DNA of 64,000 bases from the human T2T-CHM13v2.0 reference genome, Homo sapiens: assembly GCF_009914755.1 (NCBI RefSeq), contig NC_060927.1; one strand, 5' to 3'. Both the position numbers and the translations under genes were made by a program. This document shows positions 17,133 through 30,415 of this stretch, one piece after another (the stretch's first letter is position 1; every line of letters begins with the position of its first letter). Below the pieces are notes generated by a model that saw only the letters and a program-made list of their open reading frames with translations, was not told where the DNA came from and did no database searches.

Positions 17133-17739
17133 TGGGACTGTAAACTAGTTCAACCATTGTGGAAGTCAGTGTGGCGATTCCTCAGGGATCTAGAACTAGA
17201 AATACCATTTGACCCAGCCATCCCATTACTGGGTATATACCCAAATGACTATAAATCATGCTGCTATAAAGACGCATGCACACGTATGTTTATTGCGGCA
17301 TTATTCGCAATAGCAAAGACTTGGAACCAACCCAAATGTCCAACAATGATAGACTGGATTAAGAAAATGTGGCACATATACACCATGGAATACTATGCAG
17401 CCATAAAAAAGGATGAGTTCACGTCCTTTGTAGGGACATGGATGAAATTGGAAATCATCATTCTCAGTAAACTATCGCAAGAACAAAAAACTAAACACCG
17501 CATATTCTCACTCATAGGTGGGAACTGAACAATGAGATCACATGGACACAGGAAGGGGAATATCACACTCTGGGGACTGTGGTGGGGTGGGGGGATGGGG
17601 GAGGGATAGCATTGGGAGATATACCTAATGCTAGATGACGAGTTAGTGGGTGCAGCGCACCAGCACGGCACATGTATACATATGTAACTAACCTGCACAA
17701 TGTGCACATGTACCCTAAAACTTAAAGTATAATAAAAAA
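17133..17739 (+). mobile_element. 5'-truncated young LINE-1 (L1PA2/3-like), ~600 bp
   Basis: ORF2 terminus ...KHRIFSLIGGN*; 3'UTR has GCTAGATGACGAGTTAGTGG (GAG, not the Ta ACA); perfect 15 bp TSD AAAATACAAACCTGG at 17118-17132 and 17740-17754. Confidence 0.97.
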
Positions 17740-19820
17740 AAAATACAAACCTGGAATGAATTATTCATTAGAATATTGCATTTTGAATATTAACCTAACA
17801 CTAATTTTAAATTTGGAGCATATAATAATTGTAACAGAAGCTAACCAAATTATCTGTGGTAAATTTTTTTATATCCTTATTAACATTGTTATGCTCCTTA
17901 ATTTCCTCGCCTGCATAAGTAGGATCTTTGCTGTAAGCTCAGAACTTCTCAAAGCGTAATGGAGTGAATGAGTGATTTGTTGCCTAGAGTCTTATGTTAT
18001 CAATATTTATTTTTGTTTTTAAGGCATATTACTACTTTTCCATTGTTTAACAATTTTAAATCAATGAATTTTGCTCAGTTGAACTTTTAAAAAGACTGGC
18101 CCTCAAACACACAAAATTATACCTGCAGGGTTGTGGTACTTGGAACAACCTCAAAATGTAGACTTCACCACCTTGTTAGGAGAGTAAGTCCTGAGAAACA
18201 CTGCCTCCCTCTTCTGTATGATGTCTTTTCCCAAACCTCCAAATCTGCGGTGCTATAATTGGCAATATTCCTAGCTTCCGTGAGATTTCTGTAACTCTCA
18301 AATGATAATGAAGAACAGACATAGGGTCATTAGTGCCTCATCGAAAGCAAAACCATTATTCCAATCACAACGACAAGTTGTTTTTGTTTTTTTCTTTTTT
18401 TCTTTAATGCTAGGGAAGGGAAGAAAGCAGATGTCAGGAGTTTTTGTTCTTTGAAAAATGAAAAATTTTAGACTGTCTTACTCATTAGACACTGAAGATC
18501 TCTATACTAACAGCAGAAAGGGAAAACCATTAAATCTGGAGACAAAAGTCTATTCTTCAGAATTGATGGTCTGTTTCCTCCTTCAAGAGGTAAATGGTGG
18601 CTCCATTGTAACTTGCTTTGTGACCTTGGATAAATTGCTTAATGTCCCAGGACTTCAATTGATTGAGGTACTTTGATTATCTGCTTTCTGAGGGTCTTGT
18701 CCAGCTTTAAAATTCTACAAAAACATAAAATCCATTTCAAAACTGGAAAAGAAGCTGAATATGGGGGGAACACATTAAGAAAATTTGGTAGCTTTGTGCT
18801 TCTCTTGGGCCAGGCCATTACAATGGGTATTATCATTTCTCTGAGATATTGTGAAACATCAGAGCAAAACCTTTTTTTTCAGGTATGAATATCTGCCATT
18901 TTTTTGTCTATGCTAATGTTATTATCAGCTCCCACGGGTAATTCAGCTTCCAGATCAAAGCTATTCCAGCAAGTATGTTAGCAAGCAAATTTTTATAAAC
19001 TTGCATTTTTAGTACTTTTTTATCTCCTATCACTAGAGAACTATAGAAAAAGGTATATTTATTACTGTTTGTAAAGTGTATTTTCTTTTTCTTTTCTTTT
19101 TTGGCAGGAGAGAGTGAAAACCAAATATTTTAAGAATTCTTTTTTTCTTGGTCTTTTTCAACTCAGTATTTATTTTAAAATCTTTATATTTTTTGATTGG
19201 CGAATCATCCATTCCCCTTGCTTCACTCTTTTCTTTCTTGCCTCTCATTTTAGATTATCTTCTGTTTGCTATTATTACTTCTATATCATCACCTAAGGGA
19301 AGAAGGATAACACTGGTGGAATTTTAATAATTTTGAATTCTGATGTTTTTAAATAACTTAAAAAATTTTATATAAAATAATTTTGAATTATGTTTTCAAA
19401 TTAAACAAATATCATGTTGTTTTAGTTTTGAAATGTACTAATAACAAAGAATTTTTAGTCATTTATCCCCCAGTTTTTTTTCTCACAATAGGTTCATTTC
19501 TGTGTAGTTCACTGTAGTTCATTTTGTCATGATTTTTAAAAGATTCATATCAATGCTCAAATAGAAAAGAGCCAAGTTATACATTTTTTGTTTAAATTAG
19601 TAGACTCATTAACTGCTTTCTAAGTAAGTAAGACATAGCCCAGTTCTCAAAGGGCTTACCTTTCTTCTAATCTTTTTATACAGCATAGCTATACCTAAAT
19701 AACTTTATCATTTGGGTTTTTATAACCTTAAGCATTTACAAATGAGTGGAATATTTACTGTACTACATTCTCTACCCCTGATTCTAATCTCTTCTTCTTT
19801 AAACATCTCCTCTTCCTTCT

Positions 19821-20275
19821 TGTAGCAAAGTGGTAGTATCAGGAAATGGCTGATGCTATCAAAATGGCTTAAACAATAAGAAACTCTTGTCCTCCTATCA
19901 AGAAGTCTAGAGAGAGAGCAATTCTGGTTTGACTAATTCAGCAGCTGAGCAACATCATCAGGGACGTTGGGGCCTTCTCTCTTACCTCTCCATGTTTCTG
20001 CCACTCATGTTAGGGTGGCTTACTTCATGGCTCCAGCTGGCTGCCATAGTTCAAGGAGTCACATGCAGATGATCACATGCAGAGGTGGATTAAAGAAGAG
20101 TTTCCTCTCATGCTTCTCTTTTTATCAGTGAGGAACATCTTTTCCAGACCAATTATGATTCACCACAGGAACTAGGGGAGGATCCTCCTTTCCAGAGCAT
20201 ATGATGGTAGGGGTGTTGGGGGATGACTGTGTGGGGTAGGCAGTCATCAGTGTTTCTCACAATAAGGAGGCCACA
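19821..20275 (-). mobile_element. Old MLT1 (J/K/L-like) MaLR LTR
   Basis: TGGCTTAAACAATAAG..., ATGGCTCCAGCTGGCTGCCATAGTTC motifs; strongly diverged. Confidence 0.55.
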
Positions 20276-20277
20276 AT

Positions 20278-20986
20278 ATTCGATGACTCTGCCCATCTGT
20301 ATAAATAAGAAAAATAGAATTGCTTGACCATTTGTCTCAGGTTGTGGGGGAGAAAGATAGGGACAAGGAGGAGCTGTATATGATTTTAAGGGGAAGTTAG
20401 AATTGACCCAAGGCATCCTTGGTTGTAAAGAGAACTTTTAGAGAAGTAAATAGAAAGAAGTTCCAGAAAGCTGTCTCCTCCATGAAGGGAATCCACTCAT
20501 ATTGTAGGTAAAAGAAGAGGGAAGGGCAATTTTTTCTCCACTCTTCTACGAGACAGCCCCAGCAGCTTTTATGGAGGCTGTGACTTAGAAATGGGGGGGA
20601 AATGGCTGTCATGTTGTGAGGGCACAAATGCACAAGCTTTTTTAACACTGCCTGAACAAATGCAGACTTTTGTTGCTCCCCAGTGAATTAACATGCTCTG
20701 ATGCATTTTTTTTGGCTTGGCTATCAACTCTTTGGTCATGTGCTTGGGGAAGGGCTTTGCATGACACAGCGGTCAGACATTTTATCTTTTCTCCATGTGA
20801 CTTCCAGGAAGCCCTCTAGGGAAATGCAGGACATGGTCCATTTGGACGCCAGCTCTATTCTTGCACTGACACAAGAGATTCTCTGCAGAGAACTCCAGGG
20901 AGCACCAGCACTATTTCCAGCCTTGAGACATGTGCTCAAGTCATTTCTATTTTGCTTATTTATACAGATGGGAAAAGTCATAGAAT
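20278..20986. repeat. Inverted repeat pair (~65 bp arms, ~580 bp spacer)
   Basis: 20278-20341 is the approximate reverse complement of 20921-20986; shared core CCCATCTGTATAAATAAG(A/C)AAAATAGAA. Confidence 0.9.
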
Positions 20987-21502
20987 TCACATGATGGTTA
21001 TTAGATATTTTTTATTCATGCAATATTTGTCTTCAAACCACCTACTCCTAGAATTTTTGTTTATCCTCTTCTGCTCCTTAAAACTAAAAGGCAATTTGCA
21101 ATGATTTGTTATAGTACCAGCACTGAGACACTGCATGAAAGTTGTCACCACAAATGGAAATATAATCTAGACAGCAGCCAGAAATAGCATGTTTGCCAAA
21201 CAAAAATATCTGAAATAATTTTACTCCTTTTTTGTTCTTTATTAGCTGTATTATTAATTATTTGCCTATTATCTGTATGTAATACTCATATGCTGCTAAA
21301 ATATTTGTAAACAAAATCAGTCTTGAAAAGCATAGTAAATGGAATTTATCTATAGGTTGTAATTGGTTTGCAGTTTCATTGTTGAATATTTGAGGCACTT
21401 TATTTTACTTTGTCTAGGAATCTTTATTTGCTAGCCATCTTCAGGAGTATAGGGAAACCGGGCCAGAATTTAAAATGGGAGGAATTTCCTTTATTTTTAT
21501 CC

Positions 21503-21970
21503 TGTGGAAGACAGTGTTGGGGTCCTGCCTATATCCCCTGGGCACTTAACATTTTCTTATGCATGGACTCAGCCTCCAACTGCCTGCACATGCAATTCTG
21601 CCTGAGTGCTCTTTCTAGCCATTAGGATTTCCTGTGCTCTGGCAAGGGAGAAGAGTGGAGGAATTAATACTTCCAGGGAGCAATTTTAGCCAGTGAATAA
21701 TGGGAATTGGTGGATTAGTATCCCAGCCCCATTACTCCTCACCCTTTGGGCAGGAGAACTCTGAGGTTAATGTTCTACACTAGCTCCCAGAGTTTCTTGA
21801 CAGAATTAAGCTCCAACTGCCCTCAGTGATAACTGTCTTGATGATATACCCTTTCATGGCTTCCTTCCCCTCCTGTCTCACTTCCCCACTTTCCTATTAC
21901 TTCCCAAATTACTACTTGCATTCAAATCCTTGTCTCAGGGTTCGCCTTCTAGGGGACCCAAATGAAGAGA
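21503..21970 (+). mobile_element. LTR16-like ERVL solo LTR
   Basis: TGTGGAAGACAGTGTTGGGG start; ...CAAATCCTTGTCTCAGGGTTCGCCTTCTAGGGGACCCAAATGAAGA end. Confidence 0.7.
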
Positions 21971-23544
21971 GTCCTTCAGAGCAAAGCATGGCTTAATGGG
22001 AGGGTTCCTCATGCTTATTTTAAAGATCTTGCTATGTAAAGCTTAAATATTTTTTGGAAAAAATGGGGAATAAATGGGTGGAGAGGAAGGAAGAAAGAAA
22101 ACAAGGAGGGAAGGAGAGGTTTATGAACCTGACAGTTTTACAGTTTTATATGTCTCTTAAAAAATACTCCTCCTCCCTGTAACATTTTAATTCCACATTC
22201 CATAATGTATAGTGTGATTTTGTGTATGTGTATGTATGTGTTTACTCTAAGGAAATATACAGCATATATAAAATATTGTAATATATAATATAATGTATAA
22301 AGTCATTTTTTAAAAGAGTCATATGCTGATTAACTTTCATAGCCTATTCAGGTAATGCAAATGCAGACACTCTTCTACTGGATATTGACTTATACAGGGC
22401 AAATGGTAAAGAATGATACATTCATTTATTTTGCTGCTTGAGCTCCACCCAGGGAAAAGGCAATGCAGCAAGTATAAAGCGGTTTGCATTTGCAAAAGTG
22501 AACATCCTGAAGCTCTAGTCCGTGGATTTTGCCTTTTCTTCCTGCTCAAAGAAAGGTTAGGAATCCTACTGCCCACCCCCAGCTCTATTTTAGCATTTAT
22601 CATGAAGTTGTCCAACTATTTATATACTTGTTGGCCTCCCCATGGGACTGAGCTCTCTTGGAGGGCAGGAGTTTTGTCTTTTTCGTCTTTATATCTCCAG
22701 CACATGGCATGGTATTTGGCACATAGAAGATAGTTAATAGACAGTAAAGTAACAGAAGCGTGAGATTTCCTGTCTCAAAGTCTTTGGCAGTTTGTTCCTC
22801 AGTTGCTGATGTCTGCCATGGGCACCTACAGTTTGCCATTCCTGCACTGCACCATGATGCCCCTTTAACCCCTGCTGTGTCCAAAGGCTCTGCTACATGT
22901 TTGTGATCGGGGTACGTAGAATGGACAAGATGAATTAGAGAGTTCTAACCCCCGAATGAGCTAGTTCCACGGGTTTAATTGTTAAAAAACAAAAAGCAGT
23001 GCATATTGTGGCATATGGGGATAACCCATAAAATAATTTTGTCCTTTAATGTGACACAGACATAAAAATAATATTTTTGTTTTACCAAGGGAAGGAAAAA
23101 CAACAGAAATAAAATGAAACTCCATCTGTAGTATAATGTAGTATACTTGCTACTAACCTCTACTCTTTTTTTTCCCCTACCAGCTATTCCTTTATGTAAC
23201 TTTGTTTCCTGGCTTTTCCATTATTTTTATCAATGTGCCAATTTTTTAAATAAATATTACTCTCTGCCATTATATATCTTTTTCATGCCCCTTTACTTTT
23301 AAAAGTTATATATCATATTAAAAGAGATGAAATAACTTTAAAACAGGATGTTTTCCACCATCAATTTCTATCTACATGTAAATGGAGAAAGAATTACCGC
23401 AGCCTTAAATACATTAGAAGAGTCTAAGGTGGAAATGAAAATGAACCCAAATGAGCCAGACCTTTGGAGGTTTGGCTTTCATTGCCCCAAAGTGTTTACA
23501 GTTATTTGTGGTAACACCTGAAAGTACTTCTGTGATGCATAATT

Positions 23545-24000
23545 GCACTGATCAGGACTCCCAGGTGCAGGTAAGAGCAGCCACCCTTTGCCAGTTTAAG
23601 CAGAAAAGGATTTGTTACAGAACACAGATAGTTCATAGCAGTGGTGGGAGGGCTGGGGGAGCAGGCTAGAGGGCAGAACATCACCAGTGAAGTGACCTAG
23701 TGCCCTTGAGCTCAGGGCCATGCTGTTTCTGATGACACATATATTTGCAAAATGGAGACGCCGTGCCACCTTGTTTCTTGATGCAGCTCACACTCACATC
23801 AAAGTGTTGGGTGGATGCAGCTGACTGACAGAACCTAGGTCACACATCAGCACCCAAGCTCAAGAGAGGCTGGGAGTCATAGGGTTGGTTTGTCTGTTTT
23901 TATCTCTCCAGGGGAGGCAAGACTCACAGCCCAGGGATCTGCCACAGTGTAAGGAAGCTGTCTAAAGTGGGCAGCCACAAATGACAAGTGTCTGCTACAA
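23545..24000 (-). mobile_element. Old MLT1 MaLR LTR
   Basis: AGTTTAAGCAGAAAAGGATTTG..., GACTGACAGAACCTAGGTCACA..., GTGTCTGCTACA end. Confidence 0.55.
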
Positions 24001-27000
24001 TAATGTCTCATGAAAACAGCAGTAAGCAAATTGTGTAAGCTGTTTGGCCTCTACTATTAAGAAATACATGTAGCAAAAAGATTGTAAGGAAATACACAGA
24101 AATGTTAATTCTGATAATTTCTGTGTTGGATTGTGGGTAATATTTTCCTTATGTTGTGTTTTTAAATTTTTCTATAATGAAACTATTTCCTTGTAAATTA
24201 GAAAAAAGAGACCTTCCCATTTAAGAAAGGCAGATAAAAATAATTCCTGCCTTCCTAGAGGGATGAAAAATCTTAAAACCCCTGATTATATTTCATAATC
24301 TCTCTTTGTAAAACAGGCAAATGATAAATAAAAAAACACAAAAGCAAAATCCAAAGCCAAAAAGTTACTCGTTTGTCTAAGTTGAAATTAAAATTTCCTG
24401 TGGCTTAGGCTAAGTGGGTACAGTAGCTGCTAATCACATCAGGGTCACAGCTCTGAAATCAGAAAGGCCTCAGACATCCTTACCTCAACTTTATAGCATT
24501 CATTGCAATTTGAAGCTTTGAAAAACACAACCATACATGTTCACTGTGTTCACTGTTCATATGTTCCTCCAGATCCTTTCTCTTTAGTCTTGGTCTTTTC
24601 TTTAAAAACTCAAAAGACATGTGTTTGACTCATATTTCTGTAGTGATTTCACCTTTTACCTGAAGCAGTGTATGCTGCTGGTTGAATGGGGAAAATGTGA
24701 AAAGATATGTGAAAATTTGGAGAAAAGTAACCCTTAATTAATATCTCAAAGATATCATCTTCCCAATTTCTGCAAAAGGTAGGCCAATTTCAAGGGAATG
24801 AAATTAGCCATAGTTATCCCGAATTTCCAAAGTTATTCTCAAAGTTTGTCAGTTCACTGATGCTAGAAAGAAAGAAAGCATGTAACTTGGGAAGTCTCCG
24901 GGGATGCCTCGTTTTGCTACTGTCTTGAAATTTCTCCTGAGTTGAGGCTCTGATAAAATAAATGTCTGTCATGTTATTTAGGAGGGGTGACAGGCTGGAA
25001 TCACTGAGCAAGTGACAAACTGTCCCTTGACTTGGTAAGTTTCCATGCTGTCTTTGGCTGATACAGATCTCGTATTAAGTGATATGCAATGAGAGTTTCC
25101 TCTGTCAGCTCAGTGACGTGATTTTAGGTAAGGAAGGTGAACGTCTCCGCATCAGCTAGAGAGATTATAATAGATATCACCTGTCTTAATAGCCCTACCT
25201 TCATCTGCTAAACTGTGGACAAATGAGATTTTATGCTTTATCATCAAGGTGCCAGACGGGGCTCAGGTATTTACATTTTATATGTAAAATTGCTCATGCT
25301 CTGCTGCACAATAGTTGGTGTTTGCAAGGAAAAATAAGTATCCTGAAGCTTTTTAGAGCATTTATTCCTTCACAGCAAGAGAATATTGCAAGTTGGTAAG
25401 ACTTTATATTGTCATGCTTAACCACTGTGACTTTTATAACTGCATGCTAGCTGGGGTACAGTAAATTACTGAAAAGCTCTATGAAGATGTCTTTGTGCTT
25501 CGCCTGCTGCTTTGTAATCTTCAGTAGTTAAAAAAAGTGTCTTGTATGTCATTTCTAGCTTCTTTGGGTATACTAACAGTCTGAAATGCCACTCCTAATA
25601 ACATTAGGTCATTTTAAACCAAATTCTTGATAGAACAGCCTTTCTTCAGAGTGTTACCAAGCAGGCATTTCTCTAGAATCTACTTCTTATTAAATAGGAG
25701 CCTAATAGGCTGTTTAAAACCAATGTGAAAACACGTTAGGGGAAGGAAGACAAGTGTTCCAACTTTCTGTATTGCAGTCACATTTAAAGACACCTGTTAA
25801 TGGCATAGTTGAGTCCTTGCCTGTGAGGTTCCTGAGGCAGAGCTGCCCTTTCTAATGCAAATTGGCCTCCTCTTTGTGGAAGCAGCTTATGCCTGCTGTT
25901 GGTTGTCTTTTGGGAATGAGATGAGTTCAGAATGGGAAGACCATGGAGAATATTTAAAGTGAATAAAATATTAAAGGACTCAAATTTCAGGGGAAGTGAC
26001 TTCCCAGTAATGGTCATCTTGGATTAGAAGGTTTTCCTTATGAGATTTTTGGAGAATGGAAACTTAACCCAGCTTTTATTGCTCTGGGAAAAAAAAGGTC
26101 AAACGTTACCCAACCCCGGAATAGGATAAGGGCACTTTCTACATTTTCCTACTTAGGCTCTCAGCTTCTAGGACAGATTTCCTAACTTAGAATTGTAACG
26201 AGTTTTTAATTTTGTTTTGTTTTGTTTTTTTAATTGTAGTCTCTCACTGAGAAATGGGATGGGGGAATACTATACAATAGTGTGCTGACTGCAATATCAA
26301 AACTTCTAGACCCTGAATATGAAACAAGAAGAAAGCTCTACCTCTGGTAATGCCTGAGGATATTACGGTTCTTCCATTGTAAAACAGAGGGAGAGGCTTG
26401 TTTGAATTACTGAGAAGTTAATAGCATAATCACATTTTTAAAAATGGTAGAAGCTCTTCTCTCCAATGTGATTGAAGCTGGTACTTGGTTAAAAAAAGGA
26501 AACAATTTTAAAATAAAATGACATTAATTAAAACATTTACATCAACTTAAAATATATAACTGTACATTTTCTCCAGTTTTTGGCTGTATAGCCAGCATCC
26601 AATGTCCTCTGGTTAGAGACTCCTTCATCTTTTTTTTTTTTTTGCATAAACTACATCCATAAAATATATATTATTTTTATATTATTTTTTAGGACCTAGT
26701 TTTCTAGATTTATTTTCTGTAACAATCTGAATTCAGAATACTAGATTTTCACATTTTTAACCTTTTTAGAACTGTCTTTTCAGTTACTTGACAGCTGTTT
26801 ATTTTTGCAACTTTTTATTTTCAAGTTTTTTGGTAATCATTTGACTTAGTTTTCCTAGCAGAGATAACTTTCACGCTCACTCTTCATTTAAGTTATATTG
26901 AAGTCATAAATTTACAATGATGAGCATAACTGGCATTAGCAGGCTTGGGAATAAACACAATGACTTGGTAAGCATACATCTCAACTGGGAGGGCAGAAGT

Positions 27001-27781
27001 TCATGGGCATGCCAAGGAGAGCTTATTAGCTGGAGGCATTCCCTGTGGCAAGGGCATCTGTCAGCATCTGTTAGGAAGGACTGGAGAATGATGGTTAATC
27101 TATGCATTGGTTAAAGGGCCTAAAGAAATTTTCTACTATAATACATTTTTATTGATATGCATAAGTAGCAACTCCTAAAGAAGATTTTTGTAAAATGTTT
27201 TCTAGTACAGGTCCTGCAGAACTTGCCCTAATGAACTGCCAATGCTTGCTTATAATCATCAGACTGTGTCTGCAAACATAATTGGTGTTCTAAAGTATTT
27301 TTTCCTATAGTCTAGTTCACACTTTGGTACTATAATTGATTTGTTTATCAGACTCTTTTTTTTCTTAGATGGGAAGAGATAATGTTTTGGTCTATTCCCA
27401 AAGAGTTATCACAATTTTTAAATTAATGACTTGGGGATTTAATGAGCTCTTCTTTCATTTATACATGTTAGAAATACTAAATATCTCTATTAATGTTTTT
27501 AGTTAATTTTTCCTGTTAAATACTGGTAGTAATGAAGTATGATATGCCAAGGATAGTTTTAAAAAGAAAATAAATAAATATTGCTCCTATTGATATTAAG
27601 TCGATATATTTGGAAAATTTTAAGCTGAGAGAGAGAAGCATGCCTGTGAGTGTGTGTAAATACATGTAAATACATACACAGAGGCAAAGAGAGACACAGA
27701 AAGAGGCAGAGACACAGAAGGAAAGATAGGCAAAGAAAGAATAAGATACAGGGAGACAGAGTGATGGATTACATATATATA

Positions 27782-27826
<45 letters not shown>
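27782..27826. repeat. (TG)n microsatellite inside a GA-rich low-complexity tract
   Basis: About 21 TG units with one interruption; GA-rich flanks at ~27625-27900. Confidence 0.95.
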
Positions 27827-27827
<1 letters not shown>

Positions 27828-28180
27828 AACACACATAGAAAGAGACAGACAGAAATAGATAACTATAAGAGAAACCAAGAGACACTGAAACATCTAGAGA
27901 GGTGGAGGAAGGGCCACCCCAGCAATATTGCTCAAGATTAGTTCCATGGCTGCCCTTATAGAACTGTAGGATACACAGATGAGGAGGTCAGAGGCCTTGG
28001 GGAAGCAGGACAGGAAAACAGGCCCAGGTCCCACCAGGAGACACAGTGTCATAATAGGCAATACCAGATATATGAGTAGGTCACAACCTGGGCATTAATT
28101 AATGGCTCTGTACCACTTGATGATATTTGTTAAATGTGTTTTTCAGCTCTAAATGTTTTTAAAATTTTTTTTGATCTCAG

Positions 28181-28346
28181 AAAGGTACTTAAGGAAATAT
28201 CTGTTGGAGAACTAAATCCAAATGAAACTGTACAGGCCAATTTGGAAGCCCAACTCCTCTCCAAGCTGGACCACCCAGCCATTGTCAAGTTCCATGCAAG
28301 TTTTGTGGAGCAAGATAATTTCTGCATTATCACGGAGTACTGTGAG
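28181..28346 (+). CDS. NEK11: NEK11 kinase-domain coding exon (166 nt)
   Basis: Acceptor tttttgatctcag, donor GAG|gtgaga; encodes KVLKEISVGELNPNETVQANLEAQLLSKLDHPAIVKFHASFVEQDNFCIITEYCE (catalytic Lys, helix-C Glu, hinge); starts in phase 2 and ends in phase 0. Confidence 0.95.
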
Positions 28347-28585
28347 GTGAGACTCTCCTTTTCTCTTGGAAGTCTTTATAAAAACTTGCTGAATGGTAAA
28401 AAGCCTTCTGTAAAGAGATCTTAAAAGTCCAATTATCACACCATAAATTGAACTGTAAAGACCTGGGATCCCATGTCTTGCAGCTAAGAATGATTATCTG
28501 TAGATAATTGACAAAACTTGTTTCTAAGGAAGGGTTTTTCCCTCCATTGGCAAACTCAGTAAAAAAGAATATATTTTAAGGTGGA

Positions 28586-28889
28586 GGCCAGGTGTGGTGG
28601 CTCATACTTGTAATCCCAGCACTTTGGGAGGTTGAAGTGAGAGGATTGCTAATCCAGGAGTTCGAGACCAGACTAGGAAACATAGTAAGACCTCCATCTC
28701 TACAGAAAATTAAAAAAATTAGCCGGGCGTGGTTGTATGAGCCTGTAGTTCCAGCTAGCGAAGAGACTGAGGCAGGAGGATTGCTTGAGCCTAGCAGTTC
28801 AAGGCTTCAGTGAACTGGGACCATGCCATCGCTCTCCAGCCTGGGCGATAGAGTGAGACCCTATCTCTAAGAAAAACAAAAAACAAAAA
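28586..28889 (+). mobile_element. Alu SINE (AluJ-like)
   Basis: Alu body with A-rich tail, 240 nt downstream of the exon donor. Confidence 0.92.
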
Positions 28890-30204
28890 GGAGAAATTAC
28901 TGCAGAAGAATGCATCAACAATTTTTTGATAGGGGGAAGGGCAAACCTTCTAGAATGGTCTGATGCTTAGACGGACATTTAAATGCTCTAACAGATGCTT
29001 GGTTAGAGTAGAGGTATATGTCCTGAGTTTTGGATTCCAGCTCTATGGTTTAATTTCTTCAGTGGAAGTTTGGAAATGGAAATATGGCTTTTTTCCCCAC
29101 AAGAATTCCTCATATTTATCAATTTGTGGTTTACAGCTTGAAGTATTTACAGTTTTTCCAACCACTCTGAGTTCTATCCAAGTAATAGCTGTGTATTTTA
29201 CTGAGCCCCAAGGGAGTGTGAAGCTGCTTAGAGAAGTGGGAGAGGGGAAAGTGGACAATGTGTAGCTGCAGTGTGAATCTGTGTGTTTACTCCTGAGACA
29301 TTATGGAGAGAGGATTGACAGGGCTTGGGTCAGGTAGAGAATACCCAAAGATGACTACGCTCAAAAAGTATCTCCCAGAATATTATGGAAGCTAGGGTTA
29401 GCCAAATGCACCTTGGGAGAATTTGGTACTGTTCATACTTTAGGATGAAGTCAGCTTATCACTTGGATGTTGCTGGAGCCCAAAAGACATGAGGGAAAAA
29501 AGATGCTCTTTAGAGTAGACGGCAGTTCTGTTTGGGCCAGAAACTTTGGACAACTCGACCTAACTTGAAGGTGCCATTTGTTTGAGAGAGAGAAAAGAAG
29601 AGACAGGAGAAAGAAAAGAAGCTCAGAAGGAAAAGGGATAGCAGCGAGAACAACCTTGCCTGCTTTACACATTAGCTGATGTATCACCCAAAATGAAACC
29701 AATAGCCAAGTTAAAATATCTGAACAAGTTTGAAATATTCCATGTCTTGGCCATTCCCCTTCAGGTCAGCCTCAGCCTTGCTGGGTATTTTCCCATCTAT
29801 GTCTTGACCCTGCTTTGCTTGGAGGAAAGTGGACAGGGTGGAGGGTGAGTGGAGAAGAACCAGGTCATTTGGATATCTGGTTGTCCATCATCCAGTGGAT
29901 TGCTGAGAAAATCAGTAAGATGATGTCAGGTGTGATCAGTGATATTGAATATTTACTCTGGCAAATATGTCACCAATTCGTGCAAAACTACAGATACTTG
30001 CATATGCATATGTTGCATACTATGATCCACCTGCTATAATTTGTTCATATTTCTTCTTTAGCCTCCTTCAGTTAATAAACTGTGTTATTTTAGAAACAAC
30101 TGACTCATACTGCTTATAACTATTACTGCTACCTCTATTGCTGCTTTTAGGACATTGACTTTTTCAAAGACTCTTTCCATGTCTTAGAATATTTTAAACT
30201 GTAG

Positions 30205-30415
30205 TCAGCACTATTTCACAGAACTTTCTGTGCTGATGGAAATGGGCTATAGTTGTGCTGTCTAATATAGTAGTCGCTAGTCATATACATGGCTCTTTAG
30301 CACTTGCTGTGCGGATAGTGCAGTTGAGGGCCTGGATGTTAAATTTTATTTAAATTTAGTTAGTTTAAATTTAAATAACCATATGTGGCTCCTCGCTACC
30401 GTATTAGACATACAT
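30205..30415. mobile_element. MER3-like hAT-Charlie MITE
   Basis: AGAACTTTCTGTGCTGATGGAAATG...TGTGCTGTCTAATATAGTAG...AATTTAAATAACCATATGTGGCT. Confidence 0.75.

Noticed and set aside
25080-25130. GTGACGTGA CRE/E-box-like motif in repeat-poor sequence
   Set aside because: A single short motif is expected by chance; enhancer function cannot be supported from sequence alone.
27516-27893. His/Thr-repeat ORFs
   Set aside because: Translation of the (TG)n microsatellite.
28134-28424. 96 aa ORF as a standalone gene
   Set aside because: Only 28181-28346 is kinase-like; the flanks are intron read-through past canonical splice sites.
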